Positions 32,112 to 41,433 of a stretch of 64,000 nt of DNA are shown one piece after another. The stretch covers positions 6,996 through 70,995 of the forward strand of contig CALXTL010000007.1 in the NCBI GenBank assembly GCA_944391445.1, in the 5' to 3' direction. Every line of letters begins with the position of its first letter. Position 1 is the first letter of the stretch. The notes under the pieces were generated by a model, which worked only from the letters and a program-made list of their open reading frames with translations, had not been told where the DNA came from and searched no databases. The stretch comes from an uncultured Alphaproteobacteria bacterium (lineage in GTDB: Bacteria; Pseudomonadota; Alphaproteobacteria; RF32; CAG-239). Position numbers and translations under genes: made by a program.

Positions 32112-33857
32112 ATGTTTGGGAAGTATTTTTCCAAAAAAAGCAAAGGAGAATTTTATCTCCCGGGGCAGGAAATTAAAATTGACAAGGTCAGTTCTTTTCA
32201 TGGTTTTTCTTGTGAAAAGGATTCGCTTGCGGTTTGCAAAAACCGCGTCATGTTTTCCATTTTTTGTTTTGCTGCGGTTTTTCTGATTATTGCCGTCCGT
32301 TTGTTTGATCTTTGTGTTTTGACCGGTTTTGAAAAAGAAAGCAGCTCGCCGCGACGTGTTTATGCGCATAACCCGATCCGAAGAGCCGATATTTTGGATC
32401 GCAACGGCACCATTATTGCCACCTCTCTGCCGACCGTCAATCTTTATGCCAATCCCCGCAAAGTTTTTGATGCCGACGAGCTGGCGCGCGAACTTGTTAA
32501 AATATTACCGGAACTTGATTATAAATCAACTTATAAAAAACTGACGCAAAAAGGTACTTTTGTTTATATCAAACGTAATCTGACCCCGTCTCAGCAGTAT
32601 CAGATCAACTATCTTGGCGATCCCAGCCTGGAATTTGAAGAAGGGGAAAAACGCGTCTATCCGCACAAAAATCTGCTGGCTCATGTGATCGGAAGCACCA
32701 ATATTGATAATGTCGGTATTTCCGGCATTGAGAAAACAATGGATGAACGTCTGACACAGTCGGATATCCCTCTGACATTGTCTGTTGATGTCGGTATTCA
32801 GGATACAATCCGCATGCTGCTCAAAGAAGGCATGGAAAAATTTAACGCCATTGGTGCCACCGCCATTCTGATGGATGCCAACAGCGCCGAAATCATTGCT
32901 TTGGTTTCTCTGCCTGATTTTGACCCCAACATCAATCGCAGCAAAGAACAACGCGCTTTGTTCAATATGGCCACAAAAGGTGTTTATGAACCCGGCTCTG
33001 TACTAAAGATATTCAACACCGCCATGTCTTTGGAAAGCGGCAAAGTCAAACTGGCCGATAAATTTGATGCCACACAGCCGTTGAAACTTCGTTATAATAC
33101 CATCAGAGATTATCGCGGTGAAAACCGCTGGTTGTCCGTGCCGGAAATTTTGGTTTATTCTTCTAACATCGGTTCGGCGCAAATGGCGCTTAAAGTCGGC
33201 GGCGGTGAACAGCGCAACTTTTTGGAAAAAATCGGTTTTTTTGAAAACATAGATATTGAACTTCCGGAAACTGGCCATCCGCTTGTTCCTAAACGCTGGG
33301 GCGACGGCACCATTGCCACGGTTGCTTATGGTTATGGTATTTCCGTTTCGCCGCTGCATGTCGTCAGTGCCTATGCTGCAATGATCAACGGCGGTATTTA
33401 TCATTCACCGAGCCTGATCAAAAACAGCCCGAAAGCAAAAAACGGGCATCGTGTTATTTCTTTCAACACTTCCAAAGCCATGCGCCAATTGATGCGACTG
33501 GTGGTGACTGACGGATCCGGTCGGCGCGCCAATGTCCGAGGATATGAGGTGGGCGGCAAAACCGGCACGGCCAACAAACTTTCTGCCAACGGCAAATATG
33601 TTGATAAAAAAGTCCGCACAACATTTGTGTCCGCTTTTCCAATTTCTGATCCTAAATATGCGTTGATCGTGATGATGGATGAACCGCAGCCGCTTAAAGA
33701 AACATGGGGGTTTGTCACCGCCGGCTGGAATACTGTGCCAACGGCTTCAAAGATTATTTCAGCCATTGCACCGCAGCTCAACCTAAAAGCAAATTACGAT
33801 TTAGACGAGTTACGCCAGGCTAAAATTATTGAAGCCTCCTGGACCAACGGCGAATAG
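32112..33857 (+). CDS. ftsI: Septal transpeptidase PBP3
   Basis: RADILDRNG, EPGSVLK (SxxK), SSN, KTGT. Confidence 0.92.
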   Translation: MFGKYFSKKSKGEFYLPGQEIKIDKVSSFHGFSCEKDSLAVCKNRVMFSIFCFAAVFLIIAVRLFDLCVLTGFEKESSSPRRVYAHNPIRRADILDRNGTIIATSLPTVNLYANPRKVFDADELARELVKILPELDYKSTYKKLTQKGTFVYIKRNLTPSQQYQINYLGDPSLEFEEGEKRVYPHKNLLAHVIGSTNIDNVGISGIEKTMDERLTQSDIPLTLSVDVGIQDTIRMLLKEGMEKFNAIGATAILMDANSAEIIALVSLPDFDPNINRSKEQRALFNMATKGVYEPGSVLKIFNTAMSLESGKVKLADKFDATQPLKLRYNTIRDYRGENRWLSVPEILVYSSNIGSAQMALKVGGGEQRNFLEKIGFFENIDIELPETGHPLVPKRWGDGTIATVAYGYGISVSPLHVVSAYAAMINGGIYHSPSLIKNSPKAKNGHRVISFNTSKAMRQLMRLVVTDGSGRRANVRGYEVGGKTGTANKLSANGKYVDKKVRTTFVSAFPISDPKYALIVMMDEPQPLKETWGFVTAGWNTVPTASKIISAIAPQLNLKANYDLDELRQAKIIEASWTNGE

Positions 33858-33878
33858 AAGCTTTTTCTTTAACTTATG

Positions 33879-33910
33879 CAAAAACCCCGTGGTTTGCCAC
33901 GGGGTTTTTG
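33879..33910. terminator. Bidirectional terminator after ftsI
   Basis: CAAAAACCCCGTGG-tttg-CCACGGGGTTTTTG. Confidence 0.88.
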
Positions 33911-33925
33911 GAACTTATTTTTATT

Positions 33926-34648
33926 TTACTTTTTCGTTTTAGCGGTTGTTTTCTTAGCCGCAGTCTTTTTAGTTGTTGCCTTTTTGGCGGCAGCTTTTTT
34001 TACCGTCTTTTTAGCGGCTGTTTTTTTCTTTGTCGTCTTTTTCGCCGCTGTTTTTTTGGTGACTTTAGTCGCAGCTTTTTTTACTGCTTTTTTAGCCGCA
34101 GTTTTTTTGACCTTTTTTTCCTTAACCGGTTTGGGCTGAGCCGCCAGCACAGCTTTTTCGATATCTGCTTCCGTGCACAAACCGATCATAACCGGATTCT
34201 TCGGGCGCAAAACGGCGCTGTCTTTGTGCGTGCCGTTGCGGATGGCCGTAATTGTCGGCTTGGTTGTCCCAACCAGCTTGCATATCTGACTGTCTTTGAG
34301 AAGCGGATAATTTTTGACAAACCATAAAATTGCCGCCGGCTTATCCTGGCGCTGTGAAGGTGAAAGAATTTTCTTTGCCTTCGCATTCATGGCTTTGACA
34401 TTGCGCTCCATTTCATTAGGCACAAGATTGGCTTTATTGTCGGCTTCGCAACGGCGAATTTCCTCCCAGGTCAGCTGGCCGTTATCAATCGGAGACAAGC
34501 CGCGGATATTGCTGGAAACATCGCCATCGGCAATAGCCTGAATCTCCAACTCGTGAATTTCGCAAAAAACAGAAATCTGGCGGAAAGTCAGCGTGGTATT
34601 TTCAACCAGCCAAACAGCCGTTGCCCGAGGCATCAAAGGTGCGGTCAT
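33926..34648 (-). CDS. trcR: DUF1013/TrcR regulator with a histone-H1-like tail
   Basis: PLMPRATAVWLVENT.LTF.QI..FC..HELEIQAIADG; C-terminal KKTAAKK repeats. Confidence 0.85.
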   Translation of the reverse strand: MTAPLMPRATAVWLVENTTLTFRQISVFCEIHELEIQAIADGDVSSNIRGLSPIDNGQLTWEEIRRCEADNKANLVPNEMERNVKAMNAKAKKILSPSQRQDKPAAILWFVKNYPLLKDSQICKLVGTTKPTITAIRNGTHKDSAVLRPKNPVMIGLCTEADIEKAVLAAQPKPVKEKKVKKTAAKKAVKKAATKVTKKTAAKKTTKKKTAAKKTVKKAAAKKATTKKTAAKKTTAKTKK

Positions 34649-34759
34649 TTCGGTATCCTTTCTTTATAAATCTTGTATTTCAAACTGACTTCAGGATAAA
34701 TTTTCTTGTCGGAATATACAAGCTTTTTTTTACCTTTGATGGCAATATCTGCACAAGAA

Positions 34760-36334
34760 TCAGGCAAGATATTTGTAAAGCTCGACATTTTGCCCCAACT
34801 GAGCAAAAGTTTTTTCTCCCAAATATTCGAGCTTATCATCCGGGCTTTCCATGCGTTCCTGAACATCTTTGGTCATCACAATTTCGTTATTATAGATATG
34901 CTCAAACATATCTTTGAGATAGTTGCTTAAGTTAGGCTCATTTTCCGCTTTCCAGAGAGTTACAGCACAGCAATTACGCATGAGCATGTTGTCGTTGTTT
35001 ATTTCATCATGATATGTCGCTATATCTTTAAGGCATTCGTCGGCAAACTTAAGCGCATTGTTCAGTTTACGGAAACGGATGCTGGTAATGCCGTCAGCCT
35101 CAACCACATCAAACCCTTTGTATTTGCCAAGAAGGTTGCTGATAATGTTGCGGATTCCTTCACTGGTCTGTGCGGCGACTTCTTCATAATTTGACACGGA
35201 AGTATCCAGAAACTTCAAATCGCTCTTGATGCTGACCATACAGTCTGTCGGAATATCACTTTCGTCGACCTCTTCTTCCTTTGTTTCGAAAAACGGGTAT
35301 TCTTCATCTATCTGCGGGTTTGAATTTTGTTTTTCCCAACGGCTGAAAGTAATGTTTAAAGCCTCGGAAGGCATCTCGCGACCATTGATGACATGCGCCA
35401 TCAAATAAGCGCCGACGCCGGTCAACAGAATGGCAATTTTGTTGTCATTATAACTGCGCTTTGCTTCATAAAAGGCTTCAAGGTCCGCTTTGTCGCCATC
35501 GGTAATCTTGAAGGCATCATACAAAAGCGAATTGGCTTCGGGCAGAGTCAAACGACTGTATCGGGCTAATTCCAGACAGCCGCCGAACACCAGCAATTTA
35601 ACACCCAAGCGTGAAAAACTGTCTTGTAAAACGGTTGGCGATTTGAGCTTGGAAAGCATCTCGCTCAGAAAAGAAATGATGTAGTGTTTATATTCCAGCG
35701 GCGCTTCCGGATAAGCCGGCGTCATAATCGGATCGGAATTATTGATATTATATGCTTTAATCAGATACTCGGCCTGATCAAAAAAACCTTTTTCCCGGGT
35801 CTGAGGCGTCTGTTTGCTGTCGCTGATCCAGACATACCAGGGAATACTCTTGAGCAAAAGCGGAATGGCCATGGCCAGAAAAACGACAAAGAACACGCTG
35901 AACAATACCGAGCTGCTGTTTTCTTCCTCAATGAAAATCTCCAACAGAGGAAACAGCAAATTTACAAATAAATTGGCAAAAATCAAACTGAGAAAGATCA
36001 ATAGTACAATTTTGATCATCACACCGGCAACGGTATTTTGATTGCCGGTATAGGAGACCCGATGTCCTTCGACAATTTCATCATCTTTTACGGTATTGAA
36101 AAAGCCGGTGCCCGAGGATTTTTTACGGTTGAGATTGCTGACATATTCGACACTCTCCTGATACGAGTTGTCCATCACGTCAAAAATTTCTTTGATAATT
36201 TTAACGCGATGATTTTCCACCTCGTGCTCTTTGGCCAGATTAAAAGCATCTTGTCTTTGCTCTGCGGCAAAACGATCTTGCAGCTTCCAGCCGTCGCCTC
36301 TGTCCGCGTATACCTCATAATGGGCGATTTTCAT
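34760..36334 (-). CDS. Membrane protein with a degenerate class III nucleotide cyclase-like C-terminal domain
   Basis: Two TM helices; C-terminus follows cyclase pattern (SDL..., EADG, EIVMT..V, LGEKTFAQL...VELY). Confidence 0.55.
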   Translation of the reverse strand: MKIAHYEVYADRGDGWKLQDRFAAEQRQDAFNLAKEHEVENHRVKIIKEIFDVMDNSYQESVEYVSNLNRKKSSGTGFFNTVKDDEIVEGHRVSYTGNQNTVAGVMIKIVLLIFLSLIFANLFVNLLFPLLEIFIEEENSSSVLFSVFFVVFLAMAIPLLLKSIPWYVWISDSKQTPQTREKGFFDQAEYLIKAYNINNSDPIMTPAYPEAPLEYKHYIISFLSEMLSKLKSPTVLQDSFSRLGVKLLVFGGCLELARYSRLTLPEANSLLYDAFKITDGDKADLEAFYEAKRSYNDNKIAILLTGVGAYLMAHVINGREMPSEALNITFSRWEKQNSNPQIDEEYPFFETKEEEVDESDIPTDCMVSIKSDLKFLDTSVSNYEEVAAQTSEGIRNIISNLLGKYKGFDVVEADGITSIRFRKLNNALKFADECLKDIATYHDEINNDNMLMRNCCAVTLWKAENEPNLSNYLKDMFEHIYNNEIVMTKDVQERMESPDDKLEYLGEKTFAQLGQNVELYKYLA

Positions 36335-36358
36335 TGCCTGTTCCTTTTTTGTGCAGAA

Positions 36359-36392
36359 AAAAACCTACTTCTCATCTTACAAGAAGTAGGTT
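36359..36392 (-). terminator. Terminator after rpmE
   Basis: AACCTACTTCT...AGAAGTAGGTT with A-run on the + strand. Confidence 0.7.
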
Positions 36393-36429
36393 AATAAATC
36401 GTAAGTCCTTACGACAGACCAACTGCGGA

Positions 36430-36660
36430 TCAGTTATCCGTTTTCAGGCCGAAAGCGCCATATTTGTTCTTGAATTTGGACAGCTGACCACCTGTATCAA
36501 CCAAACGGCGGACACCCGTCCAGACCGGATGAGACTTGGGGTCTACTTCCAGATTCATAACATCACCGGCTTTGCCCCAGGTGGAACGAACCGTGCGCTT
36601 TTCACCGTCGGTCATTACATAAGTAATCTCATGATAGTCGGGGTGAATACCTTTTTTCAT
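36430..36660 (-). CDS. rpmE: 50S ribosomal protein L31 (Cys-free type)
   Basis: [10 protein letters not shown]...[10 protein letters not shown]. Confidence 0.96.
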   Translation of the reverse strand: MKKGIHPDYHEITYVMTDGEKRTVRSTWGKAGDVMNLEVDPKSHPVWTGVRRLVDTGGQLSKFKNKYGAFGLKTDN

Positions 36661-36760
36661 TGTTTAAAACTCCTCAACTCGTTCTTTCACTGCATAAGTT
36701 TTATGCTCTTATACATTACTCAAATGAAGAACGCAAGCATTATTTAAAGATTTTTTTAAT

Positions 36761-37705
36761 TTATTTCAGCTCTTCCAGCTCCACGGTGTTGACCTTATCC
36801 GAAGCGCCGTCAATATTCAAAACTTTAATGCTGAAATTTTTATACCCTTTCTGCAAAAGATAACTACGGACTTCAACCGCCCGATTCAGGCTTTGACGCT
36901 TTTTGCGGAAAGTGTCAACCCCGTCATCCAGATTGTAGGAATAAATGGCAATTTTATTGTTTTTGGCATCGGCAAAATTTTTGATAATCGTATCAATCTG
37001 AGCTTTTTGCGCCTCGCTCAGCGTCGTTTCCCCCTCAGTAAAAATAATTTTGGCAAGGCCAGCAGGCTCTGCAGCCTGCTCATCAATCAGCAACCCCTGC
37101 TGCACTGTATTTTGAGCTGCGGCAGCCGGATCGGAACCGGCCGGCTCTGCAGTTTTGCTTTCAACTTTTTTACCTGCGGAAGCTTGCGGCTGTACTGGCA
37201 CGGCTATTTCCGACTTCTCGGGCTGCAACGCCGGTACGACTGTGGAAGAGGATTCTGCCTTTTTTTCTTGTACTTTAGCCGAGGAAGCCGCCGGTTCAGG
37301 TGTTTGAAACACAACCTGCTGTTCCGGCGCGGCAACCGGCTCTACATCGACAACGACGACTTCTTCCGTACTTTCAACATACGGGATGGGCGCCGGTTTT
37401 TGCGGAGCCGGTGCTTTAATATCCGCCGCTTTGGCAATGTCTTTTTTGGGTTTTATTTCTTCTACTTTTACTTTGGCTGTCTTGGCCGCCTGTTTTTTCG
37501 GTTTTGCCGCCTGGCGCGCGGGTGCTTTTTTCGGCTGGGCTTTTACGACGGGGAACAACGGACCGCCCTGAACGGCAGCCGGTGCTTCTGCCGATCCCAG
37601 TGCATCGAGCGCGGACAGATTGATATAAACAGAATCCTCCTGGGCTCGGGCAATTGCCGCTCCCATCACCAAAGCCGCCACCGAGAAAAACATAATTCCG
37701 CGCAT
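36761..37705 (-). CDS. Exported protein with Pro/Ala linker and OmpA-like C-terminal domain
   Basis: Signal peptide; I.F..GET.LS...RQSLNRA.EVRSYL..KG. Confidence 0.7.
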   Translation of the reverse strand: MRGIMFFSVAALVMGAAIARAQEDSVYINLSALDALGSAEAPAAVQGGPLFPVVKAQPKKAPARQAAKPKKQAAKTAKVKVEEIKPKKDIAKAADIKAPAPQKPAPIPYVESTEEVVVVDVEPVAAPEQQVVFQTPEPAASSAKVQEKKAESSSTVVPALQPEKSEIAVPVQPQASAGKKVESKTAEPAGSDPAAAAQNTVQQGLLIDEQAAEPAGLAKIIFTEGETTLSEAQKAQIDTIIKNFADAKNNKIAIYSYNLDDGVDTFRKKRQSLNRAVEVRSYLLQKGYKNFSIKVLNIDGASDKVNTVELEELK

Positions 37706-37721
37706 TTTTACCCCCGCAAAG

Positions 37722-38489
37722 TTATTTATTAAGCAATTCGTGTACTTTCCCGCCCAAAACAGCATTAGCCGCTATAACGGAACCGCTGGAAAGAACCGAG
37801 GCCAGATTATCGCTGCGAATGTCCTGCTGGTGGAGCTCATAGACCGCTCCGCCCGCTTCTTTAACCAGCAACATTCCCGCGGCGATGGTGTCTGCCGTAT
37901 TTTCCGCACTGACTACAGCATCCAGTTTGCCCGAAGCAACATAAGCCAAGTCCAAACTCAGACAACCGTTGATCCGAAGACCGGCTGCCGAATATTGCAT
38001 GGCGCAGTCTTTGGCTCCAATAAGAGCTTCTGACATTTCACGTCTGGAGGAAACGCGCAAACGTTCCTGATTGCGGTAGCCTTCTTTGAAAGCGCCTTTG
38101 CCTTTTTCAGAAAAATACAGATCCGCCGTGGCCGGATTGTAGATGACGCCGGCCGTGACAACATTATTCTCAACGACAGCAACCGAAACTGCAAAATACG
38201 GAATTCCGTGCATAAAATTCAGCATCCCGTCCAACGGACTGACCAAAAAATACGACGTATGCGCCGGTGTCGGTTCCTTGCCAATCACCACAGCAAAAGT
38301 CGGCCTTCCCTTTTGCAACTCGGTGCGCAAATTTTTACTCATCCGATCATAAGCCGCCTTGGCAAATTCCTGATGCCCGCGCAGAGAAGACTGCAACTGC
38401 TCGATCTCATTAAAATCGCGGGTCAGCGAGTTGCCGACTTTTTTGACGGCCGTGATGAGAAAATTAAGATTGGTGGACATATACGACAT
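37722..38489 (-). CDS. suhB: Inositol monophosphatase family (SuhB), catalytic motifs altered
   Basis: RDF.E.EQLQ, PLDG..NF.HGIPYFAVS, LDLAYVASG; efp-suhB synteny. Confidence 0.85.
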   Translation of the reverse strand: MSYMSTNLNFLITAVKKVGNSLTRDFNEIEQLQSSLRGHQEFAKAAYDRMSKNLRTELQKGRPTFAVVIGKEPTPAHTSYFLVSPLDGMLNFMHGIPYFAVSVAVVENNVVTAGVIYNPATADLYFSEKGKGAFKEGYRNQERLRVSSRREMSEALIGAKDCAMQYSAAGLRINGCLSLDLAYVASGKLDAVVSAENTADTIAAGMLLVKEAGGAVYELHQQDIRSDNLASVLSSGSVIAANAVLGGKVHELLNK

Positions 38490-39052
38490 TATTTGGCTCT
38501 TTCAACATAAGAGGCATCGGCCGTTGCCACGACAATTTTATCACCCTGTCCGACAAAAGGCGGTACACCGATACGCACACCATTGTCCAAAATTGCCGGC
38601 TTATAAGATGACGTTACCGTTTGGCCCTTCATGACCGGTTCGGTTTCAACAACGGTGCAAATGACCTGCAACGGTAACTCAACCGAAATCGGGCGGCCGT
38701 CGATAACGCTGACTTTGACTTCCATGCCATCGGTCAGAAACGGGCGCGAATCCCCAAGGATATCCGCCGGCATGGCAAACTGTTCAAACGTGTCGCTTTC
38801 CATGAAATTCAGACCTGTGGCATCCTCAAACAAGAATTGGCAATCTTTGGTTTCAACCATCATTTTTTCAACCATATCTTCCGTTCTGAAACGCTCGTTG
38901 GTTTTGGTTCCTTCTTCAACCGACTTCATTTCAACCTGCATAAAGGCGCCGCCTTTGCCCGGCTTGACAAAGTTGGTTTTGATGACGGTCCAGGGTTTGC
39001 CTTTATATTCGATAACCCAGCCAATCCTGATGGATCCCGCTTGTTGTTTCAT
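38489..39052 (-). CDS. efp: Elongation factor P
   Basis: KPGKGGAF, KGQTVTSSYKPA, VPPF, YVERA. Confidence 0.97.
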   Translation of the reverse strand: MKQQAGSIRIGWVIEYKGKPWTVIKTNFVKPGKGGAFMQVEMKSVEEGTKTNERFRTEDMVEKMMVETKDCQFLFEDATGLNFMESDTFEQFAMPADILGDSRPFLTDGMEVKVSVIDGRPISVELPLQVICTVVETEPVMKGQTVTSSYKPAILDNGVRIGVPPFVGQGDKIVVATADASYVERAK

Positions 39053-39126
39053 GCTAGTTTCTCCTTATTATATTTAATTTGTGCAGACATCATGTTTTAT
39101 AGGCAAACTAATATAAAGTTTGTTTT

Positions 39127-39642
39127 TTAGCAACCAAAATCTTCACCATCACGCGAATTTATTATGACGAAATCGGTCTCAATACCGGAGATATCCTGCG
39201 GCCCTTTGCTCAAATCAAGTGCCGACTGGATTAAAAACAGATCATTATACCAGGCAATGACTTCCGCCGCCGTTTGTACCTCTGCCATTCCAAGTCTGAA
39301 CGCAACAAAATCGGGCTCGGTTTCACTGGCAAGCATCGCCTCATGGCGGCGCGGCGGAATAATAACGCCAAGAACTTTTCCGTGTTTGAGAAGCGCCTGA
39401 TCTTTTTTGATCTGCGCTTTCAGCGGTTGAGCGGGATCGGGTTCAATGACTATGCCGTCAAGATCAAATTTTTGACACTGCACCGCCGCAGCCTGCCCGC
39501 AGAGCAAAACCATTTTCCCCGTTTCCCGGCATTTTGTAAAAACTTCTTCCGGCAAAGAGGCTTCTGCCAGATAACAACAAATCTTTTCAGAATCGACAAT
39601 CCGATCAGCAGCAGAATTTATTTTGAGGATAATCTTCGGCAT
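39127..39642 (-). CDS. Degenerate thiamine-phosphate-synthase-like protein
   Basis: RHEAMLA.E...DFVAF...WY.DLF.I matches the alpha ThiE-like gene usually upstream of efp; start MPKIIL. Confidence 0.6.
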   Translation of the reverse strand: MPKIILKINSAADRIVDSEKICCYLAEASLPEEVFTKCRETGKMVLLCGQAAAVQCQKFDLDGIVIEPDPAQPLKAQIKKDQALLKHGKVLGVIIPPRRHEAMLASETEPDFVAFRLGMAEVQTAAEVIAWYNDLFLIQSALDLSKGPQDISGIETDFVIINSRDGEDFGC

Positions 39643-39732
39643 AATTTTATTTTCTCTTGTAAAAAGTGAAGAGTTGTTTATTATGCGTTTGATAATAAGC
39701 GATGATTTAAAATTAAGAAAGAAAAATCTGCA

Positions 39733-40002
39733 ATGACGGACAATATTTTTGACTTTCCCCAAACAAAACAGGCTCTCGGAAATCTGAGCGAAACCATTAT
39801 CCGTCTGGACACCGCACTTAAAACAAAAAAACAAGCTGCCGCCGCCGAGCGGCTGCAGATGTCGGAACAAATCAGCCAAAAAGAATCCCGTCTTGAGGGA
39901 CTCCGCTATGCATCTTCCGAAGTTATTGGCCGGATTGATGCTCTTATTGCAACTTTAGACAACGTGTTGGAACAAAATGGCTCAGGTAACAATCACAATT
40001 AA
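39733..40002 (+). CDS. Small coiled-coil protein (DUF4164-like)
   Basis: Coiled coil overlapping the zapA start. Confidence 0.7.
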   Translation: MTDNIFDFPQTKQALGNLSETIIRLDTALKTKKQAAAAERLQMSEQISQKESRLEGLRYASSEVIGRIDALIATLDNVLEQNGSGNNHN

Positions 40003-40321
40003 TTCCCGGGAATATGCCGTCGCCTGCGAAGATGGTCAGGAGGGGCGTATTTATCAACTGGCCGGTCTGCTGGATGAAAAAGCTCAGGCTCTGACCGGGG
40101 GCAGTCTGCAAGTGAATGAAAATATGCTGCTGGCTATGGTCGGTTTGGTACTGGCCGATGAACTTACCGAGCTGAAAAAAAATAATAACGCGCATAAAAA
40201 TACCGGTGGACAAAACATTGACAGCCAGCGACTCCTCGAACTGGATACGGCGGTTTCCGAAAAGATAAAATCTTTGGACGAAAAGCTGAATTTGCTTGCA
40301 AATGAATTAAATTTGTTGTAA
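39977..40321 (+). CDS. zapA: Cell division protein ZapA
   Basis: MAQVTITIN.REY.VACEDGQE...LL.M.GL.LADEL. Confidence 0.92.
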   Translation: MAQVTITINSREYAVACEDGQEGRIYQLAGLLDEKAQALTGGSLQVNENMLLAMVGLVLADELTELKKNNNAHKNTGGQNIDSQRLLELDTAVSEKIKSLDEKLNLLANELNLL

Positions 40322-40338
40322 CCTTGTGGCATAAAGAG

Positions 40339-40498
40339 GAGGGAAACTGCGTAGCGCGTATTTCCGCAGATCTTCCGAGCCAACATTATGTTTATAGGGA
40401 ATTGTCACTGAATAAATCGTGGTTTATTTATACGATGCCCACCTTATTGAGAAGCGGTTCGATTAAGAATGTATATATACGGCTAAATGGTTTCACTC
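40339..40498 (+). ncRNA. ssrS: 6S RNA
   Basis: Directly after zapA; ends pair (GAGGGAAAC/GTTTCACTC); alpha-type core AGGGAATTGTCACTG...CGTGG...ACGATGCCCACCT. Confidence 0.85.
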
Positions 40499-40513
40499 GC
40501 CTGCTTTAGGGTT

Positions 40514-40540
40514 AAACCCCGTTGACTCCAACGGGGTTTT
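40514..40540 (+). terminator. Terminator after 6S RNA
   Basis: AAACCCCGTTG-actc-CAACGGGGTTTT. Confidence 0.8.
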
Positions 40541-40578
40541 CCCATATTTAAACAACTTATATATCAAGGAAAAATAAA

Positions 40579-41370
40579 GTGAAAATAGTCTATTGCGGTG
40601 ATGTGGTCGCCAGAGCGGGACGAGAAGCCGTTTTAACGCATATTGCCGCGTTGAAAGAAAAATATGATTATGATGCGTTGATCATTAATGTTGATAATGC
40701 TGCGCACGGCTTCGGCTGTACTCCGGGAATCTGTCGCGACTTTTTGGAAAAAGGCGCAACCGCCATCGTCACCGGAGATCATGTCTGGAATCAACGCGAG
40801 ATTGTGCCTTTTCTTGACGAATGCAAACGAATCGCCCGACCGCTTAATCATCCTGAAAATCTGCCGGGGCGCGGCGCCTGTGAAATCGAATTGGCCAGCG
40901 GCAAAAAACTTTTGGTTGTTGAAACCGTCGGCCGCTTGTTTATGGAAGCGGTTGATTGCCCGGTGCAGGCTATAGACAAACTGCTTGGCCTGTATGCTCT
41001 CGGCCGTAATGTCGATGCCATTTTTGTAGATTTTCATGCTGAGGCCACCGCTGAAAAAATTGCTTTTGCCCGCTATCTGGACGGACGAGTTTCCGCAGTA
41101 ATCGGCTCCCATACGCATGTGCCAACCGATGATTGCATGATCCTGCCCGGCGGCACTGCTTATCAGACGGATGCCGGTATGTGTGGTGACTATGGCGGGG
41201 TTATCGGCTTTGACAAAGAAACACCAATAGAGCGCCTGTGCCGAAAGTTCAGCGGCGGGAAACTCCTCCCCTGCAATGGACAGGGTACTTTGCGCGGTAC
41301 TTTTATCGAAACCGATGACAAAACGGGTCTGGCTCTTAAGATTGAATCAATCCGACTTCCTGAAACCTGA
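40579..41370 (+). CDS. YmdB/TIGR00282 metallophosphoesterase
   Basis: GDVV...GR, NAAHGFG, DFHAEAT.EK, GSHTHVPT, TDAGMCG. Confidence 0.93.
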   Translation: MKIVYCGDVVARAGREAVLTHIAALKEKYDYDALIINVDNAAHGFGCTPGICRDFLEKGATAIVTGDHVWNQREIVPFLDECKRIARPLNHPENLPGRGACEIELASGKKLLVVETVGRLFMEAVDCPVQAIDKLLGLYALGRNVDAIFVDFHAEATAEKIAFARYLDGRVSAVIGSHTHVPTDDCMILPGGTAYQTDAGMCGDYGGVIGFDKETPIERLCRKFSGGKLLPCNGQGTLRGTFIETDDKTGLALKIESIRLPET

Positions 41371-41391
41371 TTTTGCAAATTTTCAGAGAGC

Positions 41392-41426
41392 AAAAAATCC
41401 CGTCTGCTCAAGCAGGCGGGATTTTT
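41392..41426. terminator. Bidirectional terminator
   Basis: AAAAATCCCGTCTGC-tcaa-GCAGGCGGGATTTTT. Confidence 0.85.
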
Positions 41427-41433
41427 ACAAGAT

